This document shows positions 31,064 through 41,283 of a stretch of DNA of 64,000 nucleotides, in pieces. How positions within the stretch are numbered: the first letter of the stretch is position 1; each line of letters starts with the position of its first letter. The translations under genes were made by a program, and so were the position numbers. The stretch is from Bacteroidota bacterium (GTDB taxonomy: Bacteria; Bacteroidota; Bacteroidia; Bacteroidales; VadinHA17). The notes below the pieces were generated by a model. That model saw only the letters and a program-made list of their open reading frames with translations. It ran no database searches and was not told the DNA's origin. The stretch spans positions 786 through 64,785 of the forward strand of contig JBAXXU010000004.1 of assembly GCA_037127735.1 (NCBI GenBank), written 5' to 3'.

Positions 31064-31723
31064 TCATAACTCTTCATAAAAATACGCCATTTTCTGATCA
31101 GCATCATCCCAGGTATATATCTTTTTTTCACTGTTCAGAAAGTAAAAATTAAGCATGGCAAAATCGCCGGCACACATTGTGGTATGAACAAACGAAAAGA
31201 GCGACAGGCTCCATTTCCACAAACCGGGCAGCAGAAAAACAAGAAGTGTAAAGACTACACTTATAACTATAAATGGTATAATGGCTACAATTTTGAATTG
31301 AAGAGGTGTTGCAACATGCCTGTGAGCAGTAACATAGAAAAAATATTGTTTAAGGTCCATCCCGATCCTTATTTTCCTGGCGCCTGCAAAATAATAGGTG
31401 ATAATATGCAAAGATTCATGAACAGGAATACACAGGATTGGGAAGACAACCAATCCAAGCATCGAATGGAGAATAATATTTCTTACTGGAAAATACCCTG
31501 CAATATTTATTCTGACATTAATCGCTATTGCTATAAAAATCAGGCATGATGACCAGAAGAAAACAATCAGTCCCGACTTTCTTTTCAGATAATCAAAGAT
31601 AAAAGGAACAAGATCGTGATACGAAATCGCGAGTATCTGCCTGTATTTTGCCTGATTGTCAAGATCTTCTACCTGTAATGCCATGATTGTCCTTTTAACA
31701 AATTTACTTTTTATAAGCTGCAA
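31064..31723 (-). CDS. DUF3267-like membrane protein (putative zincin-like)
   Basis: It has four or more TM helices and a HESLHIITYY motif. The family assignment is from recall. Confidence 0.5.
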   Translation of the reverse strand: MQLIKSKFVKRTIMALQVEDLDNQAKYRQILAISYHDLVPFIFDYLKRKSGLIVFFWSSCLIFIAIAINVRINIAGYFPVRNIILHSMLGLVVFPILCIPVHESLHIITYYFAGARKIRIGMDLKQYFFYVTAHRHVATPLQFKIVAIIPFIVISVVFTLLVFLLPGLWKWSLSLFSFVHTTMCAGDFAMLNFYFLNSEKKIYTWDDADQKMAYFYEEL

Positions 31724-31806
31724 TTCAAAAGATGAAGAATGATTTTTTTATTTTTCTTTGAGATAACACCACTTTTTATGATAATAATTTGTGGCCCATA
31801 ATTTGA

Positions 31807-31814
31807 TACATTTG
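31807..31814 (+). promoter_or_regulatory. Candidate -7 box (TACATTTG)
   Basis: Matches TAnnTTTG 16 nt upstream of the GTG start at 31831. Confidence 0.35.
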
Positions 31815-31830
31815 TAAAAATATTCCATTA

Positions 31831-32445
31831 GTGAGGCTGTTGTTTACCATATTTTTGATCATTCTTTATGCTGTTGAAGCAACAGGACAGGAAGATTCAT
31901 TAAAACATAAGAATGATACTCTCCCGGATAGGTTTTACATTTTACCGAAAGTGAATAGAGATGGAGTTATTATGCCCGAAGTTGAAATTAAAGAGGTGAC
32001 TGTGGTTGCCAGGCCAAAGATTTCCAGGAGAAATGAAAACCGCGTAAACGAAAGGCTGGTCTATAATATTAAAAAAGTATATCCTTATGCATTAATGGTA
32101 AGGATGAAACTGAGCGAGGTAAATGAGGATATTAAGAACATCACAGATGAAAAGGAACGGAAGAAATATTTTAAAAATGTAGAGAAGGATGTTTTTTCCG
32201 AGTATGAAGATGATATGCGGGAGATGACAATGACACAGGGGAGACTTCTCATTAAGCTTATAGACAGGGAGACACAGAATACCTCTTATGAATTAATCCG
32301 CGATTACCGGGGAAAGTTTTCTGCAGCTTTCTGGCAGGGAATCGCGCGTATCTTCGGGACAAACCTTAAAGAAGAATATGATGCTTATGGAGATGATTCA
32401 GTGATAGAATTGATAATTAATGAAATAGAGGCCGGTAGGTTGTAA
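31831..32445 (+). CDS. DUF4294-like secreted protein
   Basis: GTG start followed by a signal peptide. GRLLIKLIDRETQNTSYELIRDYRG resembles DUF4294 as I recall it. Confidence 0.5.
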   Translation: MRLLFTIFLIILYAVEATGQEDSLKHKNDTLPDRFYILPKVNRDGVIMPEVEIKEVTVVARPKISRRNENRVNERLVYNIKKVYPYALMVRMKLSEVNEDIKNITDEKERKKYFKNVEKDVFSEYEDDMREMTMTQGRLLIKLIDRETQNTSYELIRDYRGKFSAAFWQGIARIFGTNLKEEYDAYGDDSVIELIINEIEAGRL

Positions 32446-32705
32446 AATTCAACTTTAGAACAGGCCCTTCAAACCTCACTTAACGCTCGGTCGGATAAAA
32501 TATCTGAAACCGGAGAATAGCCTGAAAGAGATGATTGAGAGATATAAAGATACAGAAATACAGAAAGTGTCTGTTAATGAGGTGGTTCTCTATGAGAGTA
32601 TTCTGCTTCAGACAGTACCGGTATATAATCCTCTAAGAAAATTTCTTTTAAGTTTTCAAGCCTAAATGAGTAAAACTTCTTAAAGTGCCGGTCTCATTAT
32701 TTTTA

Positions 32706-32713
32706 TATTTTTG
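32706..32713 (+). promoter_or_regulatory. Candidate -7 box (TATTTTTG) for pcm
   Basis: Matches TAnnTTTG 31 nt upstream of ATG 32745. Confidence 0.35.
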
Positions 32714-32744
32714 TGGGAATGAAATTTTATAGAGCGGATAGCCG

Positions 32745-33395
32745 ATGACAGATACATTTGAAGCGAAAGGCAAAAGAAAAAAACTTGTTGCAGAACTAAG
32801 ACAGAAAGGGATTAATGACGAAGATGTACTGAGAGCTATTGATACTGTACCGAGGCATCTTTTTATGGATCCTGCATTCCTTGTCCATGCCTATATTGAT
32901 AAGGCTTTTCCTATCACTTCGGGTCAGACAATATCACAACCTTACACGGTAGCAGTCCAGACCTCTCTGCTTAGAGTTAAAAAACGAGATAAAATTCTTG
33001 AAATAGGAACAGGGTCCGGTTACCAGGCTGCAATACTGGTGGAGATGGGAGCCAAGGTCTATACTATTGAGCGGTTCAGGGAACTTTTTATAAAAGCCAG
33101 GCAGACAATGACATCACTTGGCTATTCAGCAGATTTCTTCTACGGCGATGGTTATGAGGGCAAACCACAATACGGTCCTTTCGATGGTATAATAATAACG
33201 GCAGCAGCTCCGGAGATACCCCAAAAACTTCTTCAACAGCTAAAGACAGGAGGAAGACTTGTAATGCCTGTCGGTGCTTCCGGTTCGCAGGTTATGACTG
33301 TTGTTGAAAGGACTGGAACCGATAGCTTCGAGTATTCCGAACATGGGAATTTTGTATTTGTGCCGATGCTGAAAGGAACTGTAAGCAGTGAGTAG
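32745..33395 (+). CDS. pcm: Protein-L-isoaspartate O-methyltransferase
   Basis: VPRHLF, QTISQPYTVA, LEIGTGSGYQAA and GGRLVMPVG are canonical PCMT blocks. Confidence 0.9.
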   Translation: MTDTFEAKGKRKKLVAELRQKGINDEDVLRAIDTVPRHLFMDPAFLVHAYIDKAFPITSGQTISQPYTVAVQTSLLRVKKRDKILEIGTGSGYQAAILVEMGAKVYTIERFRELFIKARQTMTSLGYSADFFYGDGYEGKPQYGPFDGIIITAAAPEIPQKLLQQLKTGGRLVMPVGASGSQVMTVVERTGTDSFEYSEHGNFVFVPMLKGTVSSE

Positions 33396-33414
33396 TGAAA
33401 AGTGAAAAGTAAAC
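33387..33414 (+). repeat. AGTGAAA-type heptamer array (AGTGAGT AGTGAAA AGTGAAA AGTAAAC)
   Basis: Read directly. It spans the last two codons and the TAG stop (33393-33395) of pcm. Confidence 0.8.
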
Positions 33415-33483
33415 AGGCAATTGAAATCCTTGCTCCTTAACGAAGGAACCATGTGAATAATACCATTGAAAAATAAGTAAATT

Positions 33484-34122
33484 ATGATAAAAATATTCAA
33501 ACTTGCTTTTTCACCGATTGAAGTTAATACATATATTCTTGCAGATAAGTCGGGTGATTGTGCAATAATTGATTGTGGTTGTTACGATAAGGCTGAATCG
33601 GAGGAACTTGCAGGATTCATTAAAAATAAGAATCTTAACCCGGTTTTACTCTTGAATACCCATTGCCACCTAGATCACATTTTTGGAAACAGGTTCATTC
33701 TGGAAAAATACAATCTCAGGGCATTTTCCGGCAAACTCGACGAGGGTAACAGGAAAAATTCTGTGCAGCATGCTCTGCTTTTTGGTCTGACAATGGATAA
33801 TCCTCCTGAGCCGGGAGGCTTTATAACTGACAATCAGATAATAACTTTCGGCACAACAGAACTTATGGCACTTCATGTTCCGGGTCATAGTGCAGGCAGC
33901 CTGGCTTTTTACAGCGAAAAAAATGGCTGTGTTTTTACCGGTGATGCACTTTTTGCCGGGAGTATTGGGAGAACAGACCTTCCTGATGGCGATTATAATA
34001 CTTTAATAAATAGCATCCGGAGTAAATTATTTATTCTACCCACATCAACTGTCGTTTACCCCGGGCATGGCAATGAAACTACAATTGAAAGGGAATTGAA
34101 ATCAAATCCCTACTTTTCATAA
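33484..34122 (+). CDS. MBL-fold metallo-hydrolase (glyoxalase II-like)
   Basis: THCHLDH motif, HVPGHSAGS, and TGDALFAGSIGRTD...PGHG. Confidence 0.85.
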   Translation: MIKIFKLAFSPIEVNTYILADKSGDCAIIDCGCYDKAESEELAGFIKNKNLNPVLLLNTHCHLDHIFGNRFILEKYNLRAFSGKLDEGNRKNSVQHALLFGLTMDNPPEPGGFITDNQIITFGTTELMALHVPGHSAGSLAFYSEKNGCVFTGDALFAGSIGRTDLPDGDYNTLINSIRSKLFILPTSTVVYPGHGNETTIERELKSNPYFS

Positions 34123-34217
34123 TAATTGTCATGTTTATATTATAGGGAATTTCTTATAATTACCTGCTCAAAATTTGAAATAATACAAATCATTTATATT
34201 AATTTAATTTGAAATAA

Positions 34218-37106
34218 ATGCCTTCAAATAAGTACGTTACCCGTCACAATGGTCCCCGCGATAATGAGTTGCCGCAGATGTTGAAGACCATCGGAGTTAA
34301 TTCGCTCGACCACTTGATTGAAAAAACCATTCCGAAGTCAATTATGCTCGAAAAGCCGCCAAGACTTCCGGAAGCAATGAGTGAATTCGAATATCTTAAT
34401 CATATTAAATCTATCGGCCAGAAGAATAAGATGTTCCGTTCATTTATAGGGCAGGGTTATTATGGGGTTGCTCCTCTTTCGGTAATCATCCGGAATGTTC
34501 TTGAAAATCCTGCATGGTACACATCATACACTCCTTATCAGGCTGAAATTTCGCAGGGAAGACTTGAGGCGTTGCTTAATTATCAGACTATGATAATTGA
34601 ACTTACAGGTATGGAGATTGCCAATGCCTCACTGCTCGATGAATCAACTGCAGCAGCAGAAGCAATGTTGATGATGTTCAATGCCCGGTCCAGGGCTTCA
34701 GTTAAAGCCGGGGCAAATAAGTTTTTTGTTGATGATGATGTGTTTCCACAAACTCTTGATGTGATAAAAACCCGGTCAGCCCCCTTGGGAATAGAGTTAG
34801 TTTCGGGAAAATATACAGAGGCTTTTCTTAATGAATCTTACTTCGGCTCCCTGGTCCAGTACCCGGCTGCTTCGGGTCAGATCAGAGACTATAAGTCATT
34901 TACTGATATGGCTCATTCAACCGGAATACTCGTGGGAGTAGCTGCCGATCTGATGAGTCTGGCCTTGTTGACCCCTCCCGGCGAGTGGGGCGCTGATATA
35001 GTTGTAGGTTCAAGTCAAAGGATGGGACTGACAATGAGTTTCGGAGGACCTCATGCCGGTTACTTTGCAACAAAAAATGAACTAAAAAGAAGTATGCCGG
35101 GCCGTATTATAGGCGTCTCGGTTGATGCCCAGGGGAACAGCGCGTTAAGAATGGCATTGCAGACACGAGAGCAGCACATTAAACGTGAAAGGGCAACATC
35201 AAATATTTGTACTTCACAGGCGCTTCTCGCTACCATGTCGGGCATGTATGCACAATACCACGGCCCTGAAGGATTGAAAAATATTGCAAAACTTATTCAT
35301 AATTCGGCATGTACGATAAGCTACAACCTCAAAGAGATGGGAATAAGGCAATTAAATTCAATGTTCTTTGATACTGTAAAGGTTAGCCTGGATTGTGGAA
35401 TTTCTACAGACAATATCAAAAAGCTGGCGCTTGAAGCAGAAATGAATTTCTTTTACCCTGATGATAATTCGGTGATTATCAGTACAGATGAGATAACCAC
35501 TCTAAAAGAAATAGACACAATTGTAAATATTTTTGCAAAAGCAGCAGGTAAAGAACATGTTCATGTTACTTCTTACTGTAATTGTAAAGTTCTTGACGAT
35601 AAATTTTTAAGGAAGTCCGCATTTTTAAAGGCGGGAACTTTTAGCAGGTATCATAGCGAGACTGAAATGATGAGGTATATTAAAATGCTTGAGCGAAAAG
35701 ATTTTTCTCTTACTCACAGCATGATATCACTTGGCTCGTGTACTATGAAACTTAATCCCGCCAGTTCAATGTTTGCAATGAGCCGGCCCGAATTCGGGAA
35801 TATTCATCCCTTCGTTCCAAAGGATCAGGTTTTGGGATATTACCAGATTATGGATGAACTTGGCGAGGCTCTAAAGGAGATAACAGGATTTTCTGCAATC
35901 TCTTTCCAGCCCAACTCGGGCGCTGCCGGCGAGTATGCAGGACTTATGGTGATTCGTAAGTTTCATAACAGCAGGGGTGAGAGAGACAGGAACATAGCTC
36001 TTATTCCATCCTCGGCTCATGGCACCAACCCTGCCAGCGCTGCTATGGCTGGAATGAAGATTATTGTTATCGAGTGTGATGAAAAGGGAAATATAAACGT
36101 TGACGACCTCAGGAAAAAAGCTGAGGAGCATAAAGCCCACCTTGCCTGCTTTATGATCACATATCCATCAACTCATGGTGTGTTTGAGGCCGCAGTTAAT
36201 GAAATGTCAGGTATCGTTCATGCAAATGGCGGACTGGTTTATATGGATGGGGCTAATATGAACGCACAGGTAGGACTGACCAATCCCGAACACATCGGAG
36301 CAGATGTATGTCATCTGAATCTTCACAAAACATTCGCGATACCTCATGGCGGAGGCGGACCGGGAATGGGCCCGATCCTGGTTAATGATAAGCTTGCTGA
36401 GTTTCTTCCATCGCACCCGGTTGTTAAAACAGGTGGCAGTCACGGAACTACTGCCGTTGCCGGGGCTCCTTTCGGTAGTGGGCATGTACTCACAATTTCT
36501 CATGCTTACGTGATGATGATGGGTTCAGCCGGATTGACCCTGGCTACAAAATATGCCATATTAAATGCAAACTATATTGCAGCATCATTGAAAGGATGGT
36601 TTAAAACTCTTTATACCGGAACAGAAGGATTTGTTGCACATGAGATGATTCTCGATTGCCGGGATTTTAAAACAGAGGCGGGTATTACGGAAGCGGATAT
36701 TGCCAAAAGGTTAATGGATTATGGATTTCATGCACCAACTCTTTCATTTCCTGTTCACGGGACACTTATGGTGGAACCTACTGAATCAGAGTCGTTACAG
36801 GAGCTTGATAAATTTGTGAGCGCTCTGAAATCTATATGGGATGAAATAAAGGAAATAGTAGATGGTAAAGCAGATAAAGAGGATAATGTTCTGCATAATG
36901 CACCTCATACTGTTAAAGTTTTAACAGCTGACGAGTGGAGACATTCTTATAATCGCCAGAAGGCAGCTTACCCGCTTAAGTGGGTAGTTGAGAACAAGTT
37001 CTGGCCCACGGTAGGTCGGATAGATGATGGTTACGGTGATCGTAATCTTGTATGTACCTGCGATCCTGTTGACTTGTACAGGACGGAAACAATATTGGGA
37101 CAATGA
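34218..37106 (+). CDS. gcvP: Glycine dehydrogenase (aminomethyl-transferring), single-chain P protein
   Basis: 962 aa. TPYQAEISQGRLEALLNYQTM, NLHKTFAIPHGGGGPG (PLP-lysine block) and HAPTLSFPV are present. Confidence 0.95.
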   Translation: MPSNKYVTRHNGPRDNELPQMLKTIGVNSLDHLIEKTIPKSIMLEKPPRLPEAMSEFEYLNHIKSIGQKNKMFRSFIGQGYYGVAPLSVIIRNVLENPAWYTSYTPYQAEISQGRLEALLNYQTMIIELTGMEIANASLLDESTAAAEAMLMMFNARSRASVKAGANKFFVDDDVFPQTLDVIKTRSAPLGIELVSGKYTEAFLNESYFGSLVQYPAASGQIRDYKSFTDMAHSTGILVGVAADLMSLALLTPPGEWGADIVVGSSQRMGLTMSFGGPHAGYFATKNELKRSMPGRIIGVSVDAQGNSALRMALQTREQHIKRERATSNICTSQALLATMSGMYAQYHGPEGLKNIAKLIHNSACTISYNLKEMGIRQLNSMFFDTVKVSLDCGISTDNIKKLALEAEMNFFYPDDNSVIISTDEITTLKEIDTIVNIFAKAAGKEHVHVTSYCNCKVLDDKFLRKSAFLKAGTFSRYHSETEMMRYIKMLERKDFSLTHSMISLGSCTMKLNPASSMFAMSRPEFGNIHPFVPKDQVLGYYQIMDELGEALKEITGFSAISFQPNSGAAGEYAGLMVIRKFHNSRGERDRNIALIPSSAHGTNPASAAMAGMKIIVIECDEKGNINVDDLRKKAEEHKAHLACFMITYPSTHGVFEAAVNEMSGIVHANGGLVYMDGANMNAQVGLTNPEHIGADVCHLNLHKTFAIPHGGGGPGMGPILVNDKLAEFLPSHPVVKTGGSHGTTAVAGAPFGSGHVLTISHAYVMMMGSAGLTLATKYAILNANYIAASLKGWFKTLYTGTEGFVAHEMILDCRDFKTEAGITEADIAKRLMDYGFHAPTLSFPVHGTLMVEPTESESLQELDKFVSALKSIWDEIKEIVDGKADKEDNVLHNAPHTVKVLTADEWRHSYNRQKAAYPLKWVVENKFWPTVGRIDDGYGDRNLVCTCDPVDLYRTETILGQ

Positions 37107-38500
37107 AAAAAATAATTTTATTACTTCTTCCGACATTGATTGCAATAGCCTGTGGATCAGGAGGTTCTAAACAACAATCAGTTAAATCCGATGCTTCAAT
37201 GGAAAATGCGAATCAGGTAAAGTTGATCACAGTTGACCCGGGCCATTTTCATGCTGCCCTCGTACAGAAATCTATGTATAACCAGGTATCACCTGATGTT
37301 CATGTATATGCTCCGGAAGGACCTGATTATCAGCAACATCTTGGCAGGATCAATTCTTACAACACAAGAGCTGCAAATCCCACATCCTGGAATGAGATAG
37401 TTTATACCGGTACTGATTTCTTTGAGAAGATGCTTGCAGACAAAGCCGGTAATGTTGTGGTATTATCAGGAAATAACAGGAAAAAAGCAGAATATATTTC
37501 AAAATCGGTCAATGCAGGGCTTAATGTCCTGGCCGATAAGCCAATGATCATAACTCCTGAAGATTTTCCTGTTCTGGAGGCTTCCTTCGCGACTGCAAAA
37601 GAAAAAGGGATACTTCTATATGATATTATGACTGAGAGATTTGAGGTGACTACCCTTCTGCAGAAACGCCTATCGCAAAACACAGAAGTTTTTGGTACTC
37701 TGATGACCGGGAGCAAAGAGAACCCGGCTGTAACAAAATTAAGTGTACATCATTTTTCCAAAATTGTTTCGGGAAGTCCGTTGCTTCGACCTGCATGGTT
37801 TTTCGATGTTGAACAGCAGGGAGAAGGGATTGTGGATGTTACGACTCATCTTGTTGATCTTGTTCAATGGGAATGTTTTCCGGAGCAGATTCTTAAGCCA
37901 TCCGATATTACTATGGTAGCGGCAAAAAGATGGCCTACACTGATTTCACAAACTGAATTTAAAGGAGTAACCGGTTTAGATAGTTTTCCTGATTATCTTC
38001 AGAAAGATTTGAAAGAGGGCAAATTGAATGTCTTTTCCAACGGAGAGATGGTTTATCAGATAAAAGGATTTTTTGCAAAAGTATCAGTTGAGTGGAAATA
38101 CCAGGCTTCTCCCGGAGGTGGCGATACGCACTATTCGGTTATGCATGGAACAAAGTGCGACCTGGTTATAAAGCAGGGTGCAGAGGAAAAATTTCTGCCA
38201 ACGCTTTATGTTGAAAATGTTAAAGGAACAACCTTAAGTGAATTTGCCTCCAAACTAAAAGAAGTTATCGGAGCCTTACCTTATGACAGCATTCAGATAG
38301 AGCTAGTTAACAAGAATGCTCTTAAAATCAATATACCTGAAAAGTACAGAGTGACACATAAAGATCATTTTGGTCAGGTAACAGCGAAATTCCTCGAATA
38401 TCTTAAGGATGGTAAATTACCTGACTGGGAAGTTCCCGGTATGATAACCAAATATTACACAACAACCAGCGCATTGAAGATAGCGAGAGGGAAAAAGTAG
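37103..38500 (+). CDS. Lipoprotein, Gfo/Idh/MocA-like putative oxidoreductase with oxidoreductase C-terminal domain
   Basis: Lipobox (IAIACGS). VDPGHFHAALVQ and ADKPM motifs are present. An ATGA overlap links it to the gcvP stop. The assignment is from recall. Confidence 0.5.
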   Translation: MKKIILLLLPTLIAIACGSGGSKQQSVKSDASMENANQVKLITVDPGHFHAALVQKSMYNQVSPDVHVYAPEGPDYQQHLGRINSYNTRAANPTSWNEIVYTGTDFFEKMLADKAGNVVVLSGNNRKKAEYISKSVNAGLNVLADKPMIITPEDFPVLEASFATAKEKGILLYDIMTERFEVTTLLQKRLSQNTEVFGTLMTGSKENPAVTKLSVHHFSKIVSGSPLLRPAWFFDVEQQGEGIVDVTTHLVDLVQWECFPEQILKPSDITMVAAKRWPTLISQTEFKGVTGLDSFPDYLQKDLKEGKLNVFSNGEMVYQIKGFFAKVSVEWKYQASPGGGDTHYSVMHGTKCDLVIKQGAEEKFLPTLYVENVKGTTLSEFASKLKEVIGALPYDSIQIELVNKNALKINIPEKYRVTHKDHFGQVTAKFLEYLKDGKLPDWEVPGMITKYYTTTSALKIARGKK

Positions 38501-38722
38501 TTATGCACTCCCCTATTTCCGGAATTTGTTTGCAATCTATTGTCCGATAGAGGAAATGGATATTAGCAGAAAAAATAAAAAATATGTTTATATCTGACAA
38601 GACTATGGGATTTTAATTAGAATTTGCGTTTTTTTAAAATAAGTTATAGCCAAGCGGGAAATGATCTCGAGACAAATCATCAACCTTGACAAATTATTAC
38701 ATCTAGATAAAGCCAACGCTCA

Positions 38723-38758
38723 AAAGTATGTGTTTGGCTGACGCCAAACACATACTTT
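38723..38758. other. Perfect 16-bp inverted repeat with 4-nt loop
   Basis: AAAGTATGTGTTTGGC-TGAC-GCCAAACACATACTTT, read directly. It lies about 50 nt upstream of the vsr start, at the left edge of the R-M locus. Confidence 0.9.
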
Positions 38759-38805
38759 CTTGCCAGCACGCTCCTCTTAAGATTATTATGGGTAATTTTG
38801 TTATT

Positions 38806-39276
38806 ATGGACAAATTGACCAAAGATCAGAGACGAAAGAATATGCAAGCAGTAAAGCAGAAAGATTCAAAAATAGAGAGTCTTTTGGCAAAACGACTATA
38901 TTCATTTGGAATCCGATATAGACGAAATGATAATTCTGTTTATGGAAAACCTGATATCTCATTTAAAAAACTTAAAATAGCCGTATTCTGTGACAGTGAA
39001 TTTTGGCACGGGAAAGATTGGGAAACTAAAAAGTACGAGATAAAATCAAATCAGGATTTTTGGTATAAAAAGATTGAATCAAATATTTTACGCGACAAAG
39101 AAGTAAATAGTCAACTTTCTGAGTCCGGATGGAAAATAATTAGATTTTGGGGTAAGGATATCGAAAAAAAATTAGAATTCTGTGTTTCAAGTATTCAAAA
39201 TGCCATTTTTGAACAAAAAGAAAAAATAAATGACTTACATAAGGACATTAAAAGACGGGAAATCTCAGGTAATTAA
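38806..39276 (+). CDS. vsr: Very-short-patch-repair endonuclease
   Basis: From ATG 38806: QRRKNMQAVKQKDSKIE, FGIRYRRND..YGKPDISF and KIAVFCDSEFWHGKDW are canonical Vsr blocks. Confidence 0.85.
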   Translation: MDKLTKDQRRKNMQAVKQKDSKIESLLAKRLYSFGIRYRRNDNSVYGKPDISFKKLKIAVFCDSEFWHGKDWETKKYEIKSNQDFWYKKIESNILRDKEVNSQLSESGWKIIRFWGKDIEKKLEFCVSSIQNAIFEQKEKINDLHKDIKRREISGN

Positions 39277-40069
39277 AGATGTAGCATTTTGCACACTTTT
39301 AAAAGAAAAATTGCCTGAACCTCAACAGCTTCTTGATAAATTAATTACGGACTTTGATAAAGAGATTAATAAACGAGACAGCACTGTTTCAAAAGACGCT
39401 TTAAATAATGTTCACGGTGATTGGTATGAATGGCTTTTAGCATTATCAGCATGGAATTATTTTGCTGAAAATAAAAAGGCTAATCTTGCCCTCTTGACTC
39501 CAAATATTGCTCAATTTGATGTAGCAAGTCTTTACAATGAAAAACTGTTTTCCTTAATCCAAGATCTTCGGCAAAAAGTTTCGGCAGCTTCCTCTGTTCA
39601 ACTTATTTCTTCAAATCCGGATTTTGTAATTATTGATCGTAATTTAGTTAATCGATTTATTCCAAGATTTGATAAAATAACAAAGATTAACCAAGAAGCA
39701 ATTAAAAAAATAGAAGATGCATATAAAACATTTGAGTTAAAATGCGGATTTGATGATATCTTTGGATATATTTCTGTGAAGACTTCTTTTAGGCCTGACA
39801 GGAGACTTCAAATTCCTCACGAAGGAAGTTTGATGAAAGCAATTTATACCCATCTTCAAACAAGAGAATGGATCATTAATCCTAAAGGAATAAAATATTT
39901 TGCCATAGCTACGAAAGTTGGTAACCCAGATAGGGCTGCACTAAAGACTGTTGCCACACATAGCATCACAACGGTTCATTCAATCCCTCAAGCAGCAGTT
40001 GATGAGGTATTTGAAGTTAACTCACTACAACAAGCTCAACTTGCTTTTCAACAGATATTGAGTGTTTGA
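39230..40069 (+). CDS. Type II restriction endonuclease, Cfr10I/Bse634I/NgoMIV family (CCGG-core recognition expected)
   Basis: GDWYEWL, SNPDF and SVKTSFRPDRRLQIPHEGS give a PD...SxK...E arrangement. The K-to-E spacing is 14 residues, as I recall for Cfr10I (S188/K190/E204). The gene is adjacent to a C5-MTase and vsr. Confidence 0.7.
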   Translation: MTYIRTLKDGKSQVIKDVAFCTLLKEKLPEPQQLLDKLITDFDKEINKRDSTVSKDALNNVHGDWYEWLLALSAWNYFAENKKANLALLTPNIAQFDVASLYNEKLFSLIQDLRQKVSAASSVQLISSNPDFVIIDRNLVNRFIPRFDKITKINQEAIKKIEDAYKTFELKCGFDDIFGYISVKTSFRPDRRLQIPHEGSLMKAIYTHLQTREWIINPKGIKYFAIATKVGNPDRAALKTVATHSITTVHSIPQAAVDEVFEVNSLQQAQLAFQQILSV

Positions 40070-41279
40070 TACTTAATTGTTTTTTGATACTTAGTCCGAT
40101 AGCTCGTGCTAACCCAGGAGGTACTGCATTTCCAATTTGTTTTCCTCCACTTGCAAGGGTTACTCGTCCTCTTCCATGATGTTTTAAAGTCCAACTTAAT
40201 GGGAAATCCTGTAAAATTGCCATCTCAATCGTACTTAACCCTCTATTTTCAAATGGATGAATGTACATACCTTTAGCGGGATTATATGCAGCGGTGCGAA
40301 TTGTAACAGAAGGTAAATCAGCAATTAGCCTACCGAATGTATCATTTCCTTGATGCTTACCACTTTTCCAACAATCAGGTCTTAATTCAGGAGGTAGTAC
40401 TTTGAAATTTTCACCCTGCTTTATCAATTTCATGCGGTTTACTACTTTTTCCGAAATATTCATAAGAGCGAAATCTTCTCTCTTTTCTGGATTCTTTGGT
40501 AGCCGATTAAAAGCGTCTTTCACAGTTACCCAACTTTTTGGAGTATATTTCGGTACCTTATTCAAACCTCTAGTGAATGTTTCCCAGCTCTTAGTATCTT
40601 TCATATGAGTTGGAAGTGGAAAGGCGGGATTTTTAGAATCTTTTATACCAATTAAGAAAAATCTTTCACGTCTTTGTGGAACACCATAATTTGCAGAATT
40701 TAATATCGAATAAGAAATTCCATAACCCGTCCCCTCAAAGTTTTTAATCATATAATCTAACACAAAAGCATGCTTATTCTGAGTAATTCCAGCAACATTT
40801 TCGAAGATAAACGCTTCAGGTTGAATACCTTTAACCATACGGACAAATTCCTGAAAAAGATCACCATTTTTTTTATCTTCAAGTCCTTCCTTTTTTCCCA
40901 TATTGCTAAATGGCTGACAAGGGGCACCACCAACAACAAGGGTTACTTGGCCTTTTTTTAATCCAACATAATTTAATAGTTCATCTACTTCAATATCTCT
41001 AATGTCACCCGGTTCTCTTGTGATTATTTTACCATATTCTGTTTTCACCGATTCTTCGAAAACATTCCAATCTGGTCGATTAAACTTTAAAGTTGCCCTG
41101 CAATTGATATCATTCTCAACACATGCAATTGTGTGAAATCCTGCTTGTTCTAAACCAATATCCAAACCACCAGCTCCGGAAAATAAGCTGATCACTGTAT
41201 AAAACTGACCATTTTTAATTTTTTCTGATTCAGTAATATCAACATACTGTATTTTATTCTTCTCATTAATATAATTCAT
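40017..41279 (-). CDS. DNA (cytosine-5)-methyltransferase
   Basis: Motifs I FSGAGGLDIG, IV GGAPCQPFS, VI FENV, VIII QRRERFF and X GNAVPP are present. I chose the start at ATG 41279 (MNYINEK). The 3-prime end overlaps the endonuclease 3-prime end by 53 nt. Confidence 0.9.
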   Translation of the reverse strand: MNYINEKNKIQYVDITESEKIKNGQFYTVISLFSGAGGLDIGLEQAGFHTIACVENDINCRATLKFNRPDWNVFEESVKTEYGKIITREPGDIRDIEVDELLNYVGLKKGQVTLVVGGAPCQPFSNMGKKEGLEDKKNGDLFQEFVRMVKGIQPEAFIFENVAGITQNKHAFVLDYMIKNFEGTGYGISYSILNSANYGVPQRRERFFLIGIKDSKNPAFPLPTHMKDTKSWETFTRGLNKVPKYTPKSWVTVKDAFNRLPKNPEKREDFALMNISEKVVNRMKLIKQGENFKVLPPELRPDCWKSGKHQGNDTFGRLIADLPSVTIRTAAYNPAKGMYIHPFENRGLSTIEMAILQDFPLSWTLKHHGRGRVTLASGGKQIGNAVPPGLARAIGLSIKKQLSIKHSISVEKQVELVVVS

Positions 41280-41283
41280 AACC

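Noticed and set aside
32531-32665. 44-aa ORF (MIERYKDTEIQKVSVNEVVLYES...) in the 300-nt gap before pcm.
   Set aside because: It has no recognisable motif and no promoter box that I could see. It could be a gene remnant, but the evidence is insufficient to annotate it.
34123-34217. Looked for a glycine riboswitch upstream of gcvP.
   Set aside because: The 95-nt leader is almost pure A/T and lacks the conserved GGAGAG...CACCG-type cores. No riboswitch is evident.
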